From Takakia lepidozioides (taxonomy: Eukaryota > Plantae > Bryophyta), in contig CM060731.1 of assembly GCA_030704615.1 (NCBI GenBank), forward strand, positions 88,412,001-88,476,000: DNA of 64,000 bases, in the 5' to 3' direction. Both the position numbers and the translations under genes were made by a program. Each line of letters opens with the position of its first letter. Position 1 is the first letter of the stretch. Below the pieces are notes generated by a model that saw only the letters and a program-made list of their open reading frames with translations, did no database searches and had not been told where the DNA came from. Below, in pieces: positions 21,970 through 34,421 of this stretch.

Positions 21970-22463
21970 TGTGATGGCTCATGTTCTCCTAGCCTGACTT
22001 TCAGCCTATTCATTACTGTCTGACAAGTTCATCCATGCCATTAGTATTTACGGCGGGAGACCGTTATACATAGCCTGACCTATACTTGTTTGAGGTTATC
22101 CTAGAGCTTTGTGGCTGCATCTGGCCCCTTCATTGGTCTACGGGCCAGATCTGTTTGTAATCTAGGCACCCCGTGGCATGCTGCCACGTGGGGGTATTGC
22201 CTCACCCTAGGTTTTGGGTATAAACTTGTTCTTGACCTTGAGTCAGGGCCCTTCTTATCGTATGTACAACCTGGTGTACGGGCTTCTGGACGTGCTCTGT
22301 GAGCTTTGGATGTGTGTGTGTTAGCTCTGCATATGCTGTACGTGGGATCCTCTATAAGTTCATCTCCCTTCTCATGCTGTAAAGCCCGCTCCTTCCGAGC
22401 TCTTACACCCCTAGTTTAACGTGCACTTGTGAGGATGGGAGAATGTCATTCAAGCACAAAATA
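21970..22463 (+). repeat. 5' LTR
   Basis: TGTGATGGCTCATG...CAAGCACAAAATA, highly similar to 29373-29865. Confidence 0.92.
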
Positions 22464-22471
22464 TGGTGGAG
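22464..22471 (+). promoter_or_regulatory. Probable PBS (tRNA-Ala-like, TGGTGGAG)
   Basis: Directly abuts the repeat end; complementary to a ...CTCCACCA tRNA 3' end. Confidence 0.55.
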
Positions 22472-22648
22472 TCTTGTGGGTAGTGGCGGCTCCGCACGTA
22501 CAGTGATTTTGCGCGGTTACCTCAGGTTGAATCTGGTTTTTGAAGCAAAGTTTTTGGGCTCAAGAAGAGGTTGCGATGGCGGCGGCAGCCTCACTCTTCG
22601 CGTTGTGCAATTTCATTTCCTTGCCTTGCTTGTTTTTCCTGTGTTACA

Positions 22649-23869
22649 ATGACATATGCAGTTCTATGTAGTTTGTCGAGCGAGAGAGAGGACAGTGGTT
22701 CTATTTTAGTTAAGATTGAACTGAGAGTGGAGGTTGCAGGTTCTGATGTGGTTGGTTCCAGCCAGTTAGTTTTGGGTGTTCCTATGTTTGCTTCCAGTTT
22801 ACAGGTAGTGGAGGGTCATCCCGTCTCGGAAGTGCCTGCAGCTCTTGTCGCGCGTGTTCCATTGTTGATTCCAGGGGTTCCTGTTCCTGACATTGAAAGA
22901 CCTACCTCCTTAGGCTCTAACTACTCAGCGTATGCAAGGGCCGAAGCGGCCTTTGAAGAAAGAACCTTGTATTCGGCTCGTGGCTCACTGAGTTCGGGCT
23001 CTTTGCCAAGCGGTGACCCTTGCAGAGCTGATTACGGTTTGGGCTACGTTGAGCCTGCTTACGATCTTGAGGGGCTGCCTGATGTTAACTCGCAAATCCA
23101 GGACTCTCTTGTGTTTGACAGTGAGCAGCTCGAGTTGAGCAGTGACGACTTGGTGTGGATCGATAAATTTGAATCTCGATTTTTTGTGGACGTCTCGCGT
23201 TTCTCAGCTACTGAACGGGAGAGAGTCTCTGCCTGGATCAGCGATCCTGCTTTACTGGTGAGAGAAGTTCATAGTGTGATTGACAAAGAGCTAGCTTTGA
23301 GGAGACAGTTCAAGGTGCCTATCCCCGAACTCAAAAGTCGATTTTTGTCTTACGGTGCCTTGGAATTTAGGCAGTTTGGGCTTTGTGAACAAATCTCCGT
23401 GCAATCCCTTGACGTTCCGCTGGTGTCCTGCGATTTTGTGGATCCTTGGCATTTGGCTTTGTTCACCAGTGGCATTGGTGCGATTTTGTTACGATTGTTA
23501 AGATTTGGGAGTCTTGCACCTACTACCCGTGACCTTGTTGATTCTCTCACCGGTCATAGTGAGAAGGCTCTTCAAGGAGATCTTGTTATTCTTCCTCACG
23601 AGCTATTCGCTCTCCGCTCAATTCGCAAACTGAACATTTTTCACTCCATCGGGCATTGGCCGCCGAGCACTGTCTTGTCTCGAACTTGGAGAAGTGACCG
23701 TTACTGGGGGTCGGACTACACCTTGTATGTGGGTTTTTGGTTCAAGAATTCCCGCGGGTGGAATTTGTTGGTTCTTGCTGAGCACGATCAAGAGACACAC
23801 AAGCTTTTGGTGATTGTGACTCCACAAGCTTGGCAGTGTACCAGTGTGGTGGAAGTTGAAGATGTCTAA
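22649..23869 (+). CDS. Extra ORF upstream of gag (~406 aa from first ATG), unknown function
   Basis: Long uninterrupted frame (22571-23869) between the PBS and gag; no recognisable motif. Confidence 0.6.
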   Translation: MTYAVLCSLSSEREDSGSILVKIELRVEVAGSDVVGSSQLVLGVPMFASSLQVVEGHPVSEVPAALVARVPLLIPGVPVPDIERPTSLGSNYSAYARAEAAFEERTLYSARGSLSSGSLPSGDPCRADYGLGYVEPAYDLEGLPDVNSQIQDSLVFDSEQLELSSDDLVWIDKFESRFFVDVSRFSATERERVSAWISDPALLVREVHSVIDKELALRRQFKVPIPELKSRFLSYGALEFRQFGLCEQISVQSLDVPLVSCDFVDPWHLALFTSGIGAILLRLLRFGSLAPTTRDLVDSLTGHSEKALQGDLVILPHELFALRSIRKLNIFHSIGHWPPSTVLSRTWRSDRYWGSDYTLYVGFWFKNSRGWNLLVLAEHDQETHKLLVIVTPQAWQCTSVVEVEDV

Positions 23870-23888
23870 AGGTGGTAATTCCTAACTA

Positions 23889-25537
23889 ATGTCCAACTCG
23901 CCCAATAGCCGTTGGTTGCGTTCAGGTAGAAATAGAATATCTGCTGCTCTTGTGTTATCTCCAATCACTGAGCCTCGACATAGGACTTTTGTAGAGTCAG
24001 ATTTGGTATCAATGGAAGAAGGATTTAGTGGGGTTGATGGTAGAAATCAAGCCAGGGCTTCCAATGGTCTTGGACCTGCGGTAGCCACTAGCACCAGGCC
24101 TGGCTTGGGTGGTAGAATTCGGGAAAACTTGGATGTTGCACATGATACGAGGGCCAACATGTATGCCATGGATTTCCATGCACGACGGATGGACGGCGTG
24201 GATCACGTAGGGGAGTCACCTGCAGGTCAACCTAGCATCTCAGTTTTGAGTTCTGCTCTACCGGCAGAATTGAGGCCTATTTCCTTGCATGACAATCCTC
24301 AATTTCAAGGTATGCCTGTCACCTCCTCTCGTGCATCTCATCCTTGTACGTGGCTAGTGAGTCCGCTTGGTCTGGCCCTGTGCGAAGCCAAGTGCTTGTA
24401 CAAAGTCAACCAGCTCTTCAGTCATGGTCCAGTGCCCCACCTACTGTATTACCTCTCTCCCGGGCTATGGGAGGGATGGCAGTTCATGAGGATGGAGGTG
24501 CAAGGTCAGGTTACAATAATTTGGGAATTCAGCCAGTAGCTTTTCAGGGACATGGGCATGCTGGTCATGTATACCATGTAGCACCGGTGACTACTTATGC
24601 CTATCCTGAGTATAACATGGGAAAGAAGATAGAGAATTTTTTGGAATTGTTTGAAGTCAGTGCTCAAATGAACAAAGCTACGGAAGAGGTCATGATAGGT
24701 ACATTCCGTATGAGCATGCAAGGAGAAGCCAGTGATTTGTTGCATGTTGCTTTGAGTGGTGAAGAAAACCTGACTTGGGCCAAGGTTAAAAGAAGAGCCC
24801 TCATGATCTTTAAACCTGCGGAGAGGCCTTTGGATAGCCTTGACAAACTTTGTGGCCGGCCATACAAGGAGGGTGAGTCTCTTTGGCAATACTTTTTAGA
24901 ATTAAGGGCTGCTGCTGTTGAACAAGTGCCCGAAGATGTTGTTATTAGGGAGAGATTGCTAAGACAACACTTCTTGAGAGGCATGCCAGCGGAAGTTAAA
25001 GCTTTGGGACAACGTCGTACTTTCAGGGATAGTGATGAGATATTGCATGAGGTTAGTCTTAAGCTTAGGGACCTGGCTGAAGCAAAGCAAAGGCGACACC
25101 ATGTGAAATTTCAGATCCCTTATATGGATCATGAAGACACCGCCACATTTGATGAGAGAGAGACCTCACTTGTTGGGTCTGAGTCTAGTGACTCTGCTTT
25201 GCAAGAACTGGCTTACACTGTGGGTGAGTTGGGAAAAAACATAGCTACTCAATTTGCAGCCTTGAAGGCTGATCAGCAGAGTACTAAGTGGAGACCCAGA
25301 GACCAGCAAAGAGCTGAATACAAGCCCAGAGATGAGCAGAGAGGTAGAGGTGGAGGGTTCAGAGGTAAGACCCAAACAGGGGCCACTTATGAGAGGAAGT
25401 TTGCTCCCTGTTATATTTGTGGCAGTGATGAGCATTATACCAAGGTATGTCCTGACCGTGAGGGCTATGCTGATTATGTCAAAGAGAAGAAGAAGGCATG
25501 GTCTTCCAATCAGGGTGCTCACACACATTTAAACTAA
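23889..25537 (+). pseudogene. gag (one frameshift near 24340)
   Basis: N-terminal RWLRSGR, capsid-like helical region (IENFLELFE...ESLWQYFLEL) and zinc knuckle CYICGSDEHYTKVC. Confidence 0.8.
25528..25534 (+). promoter_or_regulatory. -1 ribosomal frameshift slippery heptamer T TTA AAC
   Basis: Lies immediately before the gag stop, in the correct X XXY YYZ register; the pol ORF (25498-) is in the -1 frame. Confidence 0.75.
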
Positions 25538-28500
25538 AAAAATCTCTTGGGCAGGGGACAAGAGGTCATGGGAAGCAGCACCCTGTTGATGCAAGTAAGA
25601 AGAGCCTGGTCATGTTGTCAACTAACTTCAAGGCTTTGCATTGTGAACTAGCCAAGAAATGTCAAGTGCCTGACATAAGTCCCTTGATCACACAATGTCA
25701 TGTGCATCATTTGAGCTTTCCATGTGTTGTAGATACTGGATGTACCATGTCTGCCATCCCCTTGCAGGTAGTGAGAGTCTTGGGCCTCAAGTTGACCCCT
25801 GCACAAGGCATGGAGGTCATCATTGCAGATGGGTCAAGGTATGAGCCCTTGGGGTTGGTCACTGTCCCTATTAGAATTCACAAGAAAGAGGTCTTGATTA
25901 CTTGCATAGTTACAGTAGGAGACCAGTTCTAGTTGGGATTGGATTGGATGACAGGGGCTCAAGCTACCATCAACCTTGGTGACAACTCCCTAAGATTTCC
26001 CAATGGAGAAGGACATGAAGTTGTAGTGCCTCTCAAGATTGTCAAGATGCATGCAGGCACTGCTACTGCCAACCTTTCCGAAAGTTCAAGCCATGGTAAG
26101 GGAGGTAAGACAAAAGACCCACCACAACATTTCTTGGTTGGATTTTTACAAATACAAAGCCAGATCTTGCCTTGATGTATGAGTGGCATGTACCTAGCTC
26201 TGATCAAAAGTCTGGTGCTCCCATTGTGGTGCAAAAGAACAGTACTTTGATTAGAGCTCCCTATGATGTCACTATTCCATCTATGTGTCAGAGTGTGGTC
26301 AAGACCCAATTGGCCTATCTTTGTCCCAAGGGACACTACCTTGAGGTTGATGGGTGGAGGAGGCTTACTGCCTTGTTGCTACTGGGGTTCTTGATAGAGG
26401 TTACAAAGAGGAAGTCAAGCTTCTTATAGCCAATCCTGAAAGGTTTCTTGTGACCATCAAGAAGGGGCAAGTGCTTGCTAGAATTTCTGCCCGTCTCTTA
26501 GAGGAGATTGGTGAAGTCCAGCCTGCTTTTGGTTTTGAAGCCTTAGGCATTGTCCATGATCAATCAGATCTGGTCACTGCTTTTTCCAGCCACTTTTCTC
26601 CTGCCATGAGCTTCAAGAATAAACTCAATGCTCAAGAAAGAGAAGCCCTTACCAAAGTCCTTGGTGAGATCAAACTCAATCCCTTGCTTGAGGAAGCCCA
26701 AAAGAAACAAGTTGAGACCTTGATAGCTCACAACCTGGATGTGTTCAACCTTGGAGCTTCTGACCTTGGGAAGACCAATATCCTGCAGCATGACATTGAG
26801 ACTAAGGGACCTCCTGTCAAACAATTTGCCTATAGGGAGAGTGTGAAGGAGAGAGCTATTGTGCAAGAGGAAATAAAAAAGATGCTTGATGCTGGTGTGA
26901 TTAAGCCTTCCATCTCTCCTTGGGCTAGTCCCATAGTCCTTGTAGGAAAGAAGGATGGAAGTACTCACTTCTGTGTAGACTTCAGGCGTCTCAATGCAGT
27001 TACTAAGAAAGATGCATATCCCCTGTCCAGGATCAATGAGACCCTTGACATGTTACATGTAGCCACTGTGTTTTCTTCCTTAGACTTGGCCTCTGGATTT
27101 TGGCAAGTGCCTCTGACTGAGGAAGCAAAAGAGAAAACCTCATTTGTCTGTAGGATGGGCAAGTACCAGTATGAGACCATGCCTTTTGGTTTGTGCAATG
27201 CAACTTCTACCTTCCAGTGCCTAATGGATATTGTCCTTGGAAATTTGAGGTGGGAGTGTGCTTTGATATACATTGATGACATCAATGTATATTCAGCCAC
27301 CTTTGAAGCCCATCTTCTTGACTTGCAACATGTCTTCAGCAGACTTAGAGCTGCAGGGTTAAAGGTTAAGCCTAAGAAATGTGAATTGTGCATGCCTGAG
27401 CTTCACTTCTTGGGTCATGTCCTATCAAAAGAAGGTCTTAAGCCTGATCCCGAGAAGCTTCGCTCTGTCTGGGAGTTTCCCATTCCCAAGGACAAACACT
27501 GTGTTAAATCCTTCCTTGGTTTGGCTTCTTACTACCGGAGGTTCATCAAACATTTTGCCATGATTGCTTTTGCTTTGACCAAGCTTCTGGCTAAGGATGT
27601 TCGCTTTGAATGGGGCACTTTCCAACAAGTTGCCTTTGACAAAGTGAAGGTTGCCCTCACCACTGCTCCAGTCCTTATGTTTCCTAAATTTCACCTGCCT
27701 TTCTGGCTATCCCACAAGAGGCCAGGTCCACCATCCCGGAAAGCATGAGATCCTGGAAAGCTGAGCAGTGTAGGCATGCAAACAAATGCTTCTGATGTTG
27801 CCATCTCTGCTATTTTGTGTCAAGTAGTTGATGGGAAGGAGCACGTCATTGCTTATGCCTCTAGGAAGCTTGACAAGCATGAAAAGAACTATTCTATCAC
27901 TGACAAGGAAGGGCTAGCTTTGATCTTTGGTGTTAAACACTACAGGCAGATGGAAGCAAGTTTGTGGTTGAGACTGATCATCTTCCCCTTAAGGCATTGC
28001 TTCGGCCTCGTAAGTTGTATGGTAGACTGACATGATGGGCAATGTTCCTACATGAGTTTGACCTTGACATTGTCTACAAGAAAGGGAAGGAGAATTCCAA
28101 TGCAGATGCTATTACACGGGTTGAGCATCATGTAAGCAAGCCTATGGTGACTTTGGAGGACTTGGCTGCTCTTGATATATCCTTTCCTAAGGGGGCATGC
28201 TTTGTTCTTAACGCTCTCACGTTAAAGGGTCATAGCTATCTTTGGGTAGCTACAGATTACTTGACTAAGTGGGTAGAAGTCTGTCCTATGGTTACCAAGG
28301 ATTCTGACTCGGTAGCACAACTCTTCTTTGAGGAGATTGTGATGAGGCATGGTTGTCCTCTTGAGGTCCTTACTGATAATGGCCGGGAGTTTTGCAATGA
28401 CCTCTTGAATATCACATGCTTTAACTTTGGAATCAAGCATGTGACTACAGCCCCCTACCATCCTCAAACCAATTGTTTGACGGAGCGTTTCAATCAGACT

Positions 28501-29028
28501 TTCTACCGAATGTTGGAGAAGAATGGCGAGCTTGCAAGGGAGTGGGACATCTTCATTCCTCCTCTGGTCTTTGCTTATCGCACTGCTGTTCATGCTAGCA
28601 CGAGGAAAACTCCTTTTGAGTTGCTTTATGGTAGACGTTGTGTCTCTCCTTTGCATCCCACTCCACTGATTTCTACTATTTCTGAGCCTGCTGACTTGAC
28701 TGATTTTGTAGAGATGGTGCATGCTAGGCACATGGTCTCGGTTAATGAGACTAAGGCTAACATTGTTCTTGCTCAAGCAGTACAGACTAGGAATTTTAAC
28801 AAGCGGGTTAAGTACTCAGATCACTTCCATGAGGGACAGACTGTGTGCCTACGTCTTCAGCATGGGCAGCATGCATGTAAATCTAAGCGGAAGATCGATG
28901 GTCCTAATTTGTTGTACAAGTTGCTTCGTGGGAGACGTGCTTTGATTTTACCGCAGGGACACAATACGAAAGCACATGAGGAACCAGTGACACTTGCAGA
29001 TTTGATTCGGAGCTGGTTTTTGACTTGA
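25528..29028 (+). pseudogene. pol: protease, dUTPase-like, RT, RNase H, integrase (decayed)
   Basis: VVDTGCTMS; GVLDRGYKEEVKLLIAN...IKKGQVLARI; SLDLASGFWQ, MPFGL, IYIDDINVY; QTNASD...YASRKL; ATDYLTKWVE, LTDNGREF, LTERFNQT. Contains stops, frameshifts, a ~70-bp insertion at ~27704-27772 and loss of the HHCC region. Confidence 0.9.
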
Positions 29029-29372
29029 CATGCATCAATGTTGAGGGGCGATCGGTGGTGCTCACTCCTCGTGGTGTAGGTGCTATGGAGGCTTTGGTTT
29101 TATAGGAGACCTCTCTTGTACTTAGACATCTTTTCATTTCAGATTGTACCCAATATGCTTCCATAGTTGTTTTATAGCCTAGTTTTAGACTTAGCATGAA
29201 ATTCCAATTTGTCCACACGCGTAAGGTTTTCCTTTGCATGGGTTTTGTCCCCCAGGGTTTTCCCATGAAAGATTTTTCACCCTGCGATGTTGGGGAACTT
29301 CATGGTGGGGTAACATCCTTATATTTTACCTCGTGGAGCTCAGATTTTTAAGGGGGGGGAAGCCTTCACATA

Positions 29373-29865
29373 TGTGATGGCTCATGTTCTCCTAGCCTGA
29401 CTTTTAGCCTATTCATTACTGTCTGACAGGTTCATCCCATGCCATTAGTATTTACGGCGGGAGACCGTTATATACAGCCTGACCTATACTTGTTTGAGGT
29501 TATCCTAGAGCTTTGTGGCTGCATCTAGCCCCTTCATTGGTCTACGGGCCAGATCTGTTTGTAATCTAGGCACCCCGTGGCATGCTGCCACGTGGGGGTA
29601 TTGCCTCACCCTAGGTTTTGGGTATAAGCTTGTTCCTGACCTTGAGTCAGGGCCCTTCTTATCGTATGTATAACTTGGTGTACGGGCTTCTGGACGTGCT
29701 CTGTGAGCTTTGGATGTGTTTGTGTTAGCTCTGCATATGCTGTACGTGGGATCCTCTACATGTTCATCTCTTCTCGTGCTGTAAAGCCCGCTCCTTCCGA
29801 GCTCTTACACCCCTATTTTAACGTGCACTTGTGAGGATGGGAGAATCTCATTCAAGCACAAAATA
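29373..29865 (+). repeat. 3' LTR
   Basis: Direct repeat of 21970-22463. Confidence 0.92.
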
Positions 29866-32554
29866 AGCCTTCATAAGATGGATTTAGAGGGACAGAAACA
29901 AGAGATTCTTGGGGCCCTAACTGATAATTCCATTGCATTCAATCAAGAAGTACAGAATCCAGGACAAGCAATGCAAAACCTTTCTATGGGGCCTCTGGCA
30001 CAACTGAAAATTTTAGGACTTGTTACTCGGGCAAAGCACTAGTCCCATTCCACTATAAGAGCTCAAATGAAGGGCCAATTTTTAATTTACCCATTCGAAG
30101 AGAGTCTCTGAATTGTTGGGTCTATGATGCCAGAATAGCCTTGCCTCTAGGCTGATTGCATATGTAACTTGACACAAAACATTTCTTTCAAAGTAGAGTC
30201 CCCTGCAGAACCACAACAGTTAATTTGTACCTGTTGAAGGAGAATCCATTTCGAGATGTCAAATTCTTGATTGGCACTTTCCTTGTGGCTGCCAATAGTG
30301 CTGGGTCACACCCTTTCAACCATCAGTTATCCAAGTAAGTTACCATGAAAACAAGCCTCAAATGGCAATTGGCTCTCTTGCTTTGCTTTGGCACAACATA
30401 AGAGGAAGGTAAGACTAGGGAGCATGACTCAGCACAACACACCAATCACCTTGACACGTGTAAGGTACTTTGACCACATTTTCTCCATTGACTTGCATGT
30501 ATCCGCAAAGTCTCTCTCTACAAGAGAGCCAATAAATAGGAGGGTATAAAAGTATTAGAAGTGCAACAAGTGTATTATTGGCGATCACCCACATGCCATA
30601 GCCATGCGGTCAGAGACCCCAAGGTGACCATCTCAGAAGGGAACGTCAGACCTCGATGGACCTTTACTTGAGCACCCTGTGACACGGGTATTCGTGCATT
30701 CTGGGTGTACAAAAGTGTACAATAAATCCTGGAGCTTTGTACCTGTCTGCCAGGAAAAAATGAGAAAGATATCTGTGTGAAGTTGTGAACATGCCACTGA
30801 CTCGAAAACTGCCCACTGGAAACAGTCCACAGCATGCCCGCAAGCAAGTGGTAGGTATTTGATTTCACTTTCCAGCAAGCGACAAGAACTAACCTAGTTG
30901 TACAAGACCTCGGTGTACGTATTCTGTGTTCCTTGTGAGGGCGCTGGTCGATACTCGACAATTTTCGCTACACATGGTAGGCTACTGTGAATAAAACTGG
31001 ATGGGGTAAAACTATGACTGTTGTGGAAGAGGGATCTATGTACGGGTAGGAGTGAATAATAATTATTTTTTCAATTCTGTTGTCTGGCTTTTCAGATAGT
31101 ACTGAATTTGATATTAGTTATGGTTTGGGACAGGTGTTACTTTAATTACTTGTCTAGCAGCAACAGCTACCCTTGTTTTGTTTCAATGAGGGAATAATAA
31201 CACCGTCCGGACGTCGGAGCCCACGGATTTTCTGTCAGACCACCCGAACCTTCCACGTGGCACTCAAACTTGTGCAGAGTATCAAAGTTTGTAAAGTCTG
31301 CAGCTCTGTCAAGTCCGCGCGGCACTTCCTGAACCCTCCGATATAAGGTTAAAGATCAGAGATCTGAGAGGTAGATCTGTGATGCAGGGAACGGTAAGAT
31401 GGAAGCATGAGCAATAAAAGTGCAGCGAGGAGAGGGTGACCGGCAGAGGTGGTCGCCGGAGGGTCCGCACTGTCCTGGGCCGACAGAGTTCCAACCCATC
31501 TGCCCCTCATTAGCTCGCTGCCCGCTGAAACCATTATCAAAATGCAGAGCGGACAGGTTCACACCGTATTCAATGCTGCATAATCGGACACCACGATCCA
31601 TGGTCAACGTGATTAACGAACGCTATCGTAAACGTTGCTTGAATAAAATCCTTTGTATTTTCGGTTGGCTTATACCTACCTGTGAACCCTAACGCCCTGG
31701 GGAGCAGTTGAATTGTGCGATGGAACGCAACCAACCGAAATTTGCGGAGTGGCGTTCCATCCAGTAAGGTCACTCCTGCCACCATTTCCCCATTTTTGCT
31801 TCTTTCCAGCATCTTTCCGAGATTAGACGAACCAAAGGAGCGGGAAGCAAAGAAGATGTCGTAGCAGCCTAAAAGAAATCTGGGTGCCTAAAAGAAGCGA
31901 CACGTGGTGATATTTTTTTCAAGGAACGTTTACGCAAAGAGCATCTCCACCGGGGTACACTAAACACCACTGCACGGTAACCTCCCGCTGCCTGGAACCT
32001 CCCCCAGCTGCAACTCCATCAAACTACCCTGCACATGTAATTTTTAACGACTTGCCTTGCCGCGGAAGGGACCACCTGGCAGACACCGCCTTACCATCAC
32101 GCCATAACTGCATGCCGGCGTGCTTTTTAGTCGCTCCAGCAGGTACCGGCCGGGCTGATGAGGGCCCCTATCCTGCACCAAAGTGCGGCCCCGGGGTGCG
32201 GATACGAGGGCCGGGGGCTCAAATACCGTTGCCTTGGCATTTAGGGACACCGGTGGGGACGCTCTAAGGCCGCACGGGTCGTCACACGTTTGCACCGTTG
32301 GTCACTGGGGCTCCGCCCTTAAAACGTGTGACAGCCCTTACCCTACACGTAATTGGACATGGGGTAGTATTATAGCTTCCACCCAACGTTTCACAGGGTT
32401 TGGCCCTTCACTTGTCAAGGGAGTTTGCCACATTACACCACGTGGCAAGTTTTCTTTTGGCTATTGTAGCTGTGATAGCGACATCTGGGGTTTGTGGCCC
32501 CAGTAACACTCCCCCATTCCAATTACGTTCAATAATGGCCACCCGTTGACCCTG

Positions 32555-32601
32555 GTCGTGGCCCCGCCGCTCGCCGGGTCCGCCCGGTGGCCATTATCTA
32601 G
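32555..32601 (+). mobile_element. Possible Helitron 3' end
   Basis: GC-rich hairpin GCCGGG-TCCG-CCCGGT about 9 nt before CTAG followed by T; no 5' end identified. Confidence 0.3.
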
Positions 32602-33536
32602 TACATAAGGGTTCCCAGAGTTATCCAAAAGTGTGAAACTAGAATGGATGAGTTACCTACAGTTTAGCAGCTTCGTACTATGGAATGGGCAAGCTGCCGC
32701 CGAAACCGCCATAATGGCATGTTGCGGCCCATTCCATAACGTAAAGGATTGCGTCTGCCGCCCTCTCATTGGCCTGCAAGTCCTAATCAAACACGTTATG
32801 TTTCATAATGTGCTGGAAATGGCATAATGTGCTAGTGGCATTAGGCGTAGAATTTTGCTTTTTAATCCTCCTCCAAATACGCCATACTTAGGCAGGCAGA
32901 ATACAAAAGATTCGACACTGGAACTGATGCGGTGGCACGGGGAATCTTACAATGTGGCAGACAGCAAGTCTGGATGAATGAAAGAAGTCGGAGCGCTGCA
33001 TAACAGTGTTATCGTCGACACAATTCCATCCAACCAGGAACCGTAAAAAATGGGGTAGTGTCCAAAAAGGTGTGCAAGAAGAGAGCAGTAGGTGAGCAGT
33101 AGGGCTGCTGTCACCGTCCGTCCCAACAGTCCTGCCTCGCGCATGCATACACATGGGGGCATCATATATACATGGACCCACAGGGAAGAATGGAGCACCG
33201 GAAAACAGCCAGGCGGGTTTGGCGGCGAGGAGAAGGAGAGGCACCATGCACCGGCGATGCGTGTCGGGAAAGCGGGTAGTTTATTAACGTCCACGGGAGG
33301 CCCCGGCACCGGGCCGGGATTTCAAATATTCCCTCTCTCCCCCCCCTCCCCTCTTCCCTTCCTCTCTGTCTCGTCTCCGAGCTTTTGCTGCTTTTTCTTT
33401 CCGTGAGGCGGACGATTGTCTAAAACGCAGAGTTGCCATCCTGAAGGTGCACGTTTGGCGTACTTTGTGGCTACTTCCGTGACTGGAAGTTCTTCCTGGA
33501 AGCGGGGGTCTGTGCTCAGATTGAACCCCTGCGGTG

Positions 33537-34224
33537 GTAAGTAGGCGCGTGTGTTCGTCGGATGTCTTTGCCGCCATTCTGTAGAGTACAGTTTCTGCAG
33601 AAGCCTGTACCTCGAAGGAAATGTGCGCATGGTGCCAGCATTCTTCCGGTTTTCCTCGGTGAAATTCTGATTCCTCTAGCCTTTGAAATTGAATCCCCGA
33701 AGCCTGCAAGTTCCGTGTACATAAAACAGTTGATCATTGCGGTCCAATCGGATTATGGCTTTGGAAAAGACATCTACGAACTTATGCTACTATCTCTTGG
33801 TTCGTTGAGCATTGTTCGACCTAGGGATTCGGTTGTTGGTTTCCAAGTATCTTTGTTGTTTGAGCAGGAGGGCCGTCTGTATTGCCACTCAGACACTTTG
33901 CTCAAATTTGCTACATTGGTTCGTCATTTCTCTGCATTGTCCGGGCACTTGCGACCAGCCGTAGGAGGTGTTTAACCTAGATCTTGGCTGGTTCGGACTA
34001 CATTCGGTCACTAACTGCTTGCAGTTCCTCTGCTTTCTCTCCAATCTGTGGTGCCCCCAGCCTGTCAGGGTTTGCGGACAGGCTGAGGCTTCCCTCGCCA
34101 ACATCAGACATGGATACAGATCTTGTGGTTCCTGGCCCCATCTACTGTGCACATCTTAGTTTATGCAGCGCTGCAGTCAGTTTATCTCCCAGGCCCGAAG
34201 CTTCCCATTTTGACTCTTTTGTAG
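33537..34224 (+). other. Probable 5' UTR intron of KCBP
   Basis: GTAAGT donor at 33537 after a pyrimidine-rich leader (~33330-33400); TTTTGTAG acceptor at 34224. Confidence 0.5.
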
Positions 34225-34421
34225 GAGAGTGCAACTGAGGGATACAGGGATTCGGCTAGTCAGCAATTTGGACCAAGGTAGGAAGGAGGCATTCATGTGG
34301 AGTAGCTGTTAGGACAAGTGAGCCCAGTTTTCAAATGGGACGGTGAAGGGAAGACTGTTTAGGAGGCGATTGCTGTGGTGCGGTCAAATAGAACTCGAGG
34401 AGGTTCTTGCAGAGGCCAAGA

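Larger units (their letters stand above)
21970..29875 (+). mobile_element. Non-chromoviral Ty3/Gypsy LTR retrotransposon with extra 5' ORF, dUTPase-like domain and atypical termini
   Basis: ~490-bp direct repeats at 21970-22463 and 29373-29865; PBS TGGTGGAG at 22464; PPT AAGGGGGGGGA at 29350-29360; gag, PR, RT, RH and INT; AGAT flanks both ends (21966-21969 and 29876-29879). Confidence 0.92.

Noticed and set aside
21970-29875. DIRS/Ngaro tyrosine-recombinase retroelement (because of the split repeats)
   Set aside because: It encodes an aspartic protease and a DDE integrase and has a PBS, PPT and TSD; I see no tyrosine recombinase motif.
29880-33300. Short ORFs upstream of KCBP
   Set aside because: No motifs or consistent splice structure; treated as intergenic or promoter sequence.
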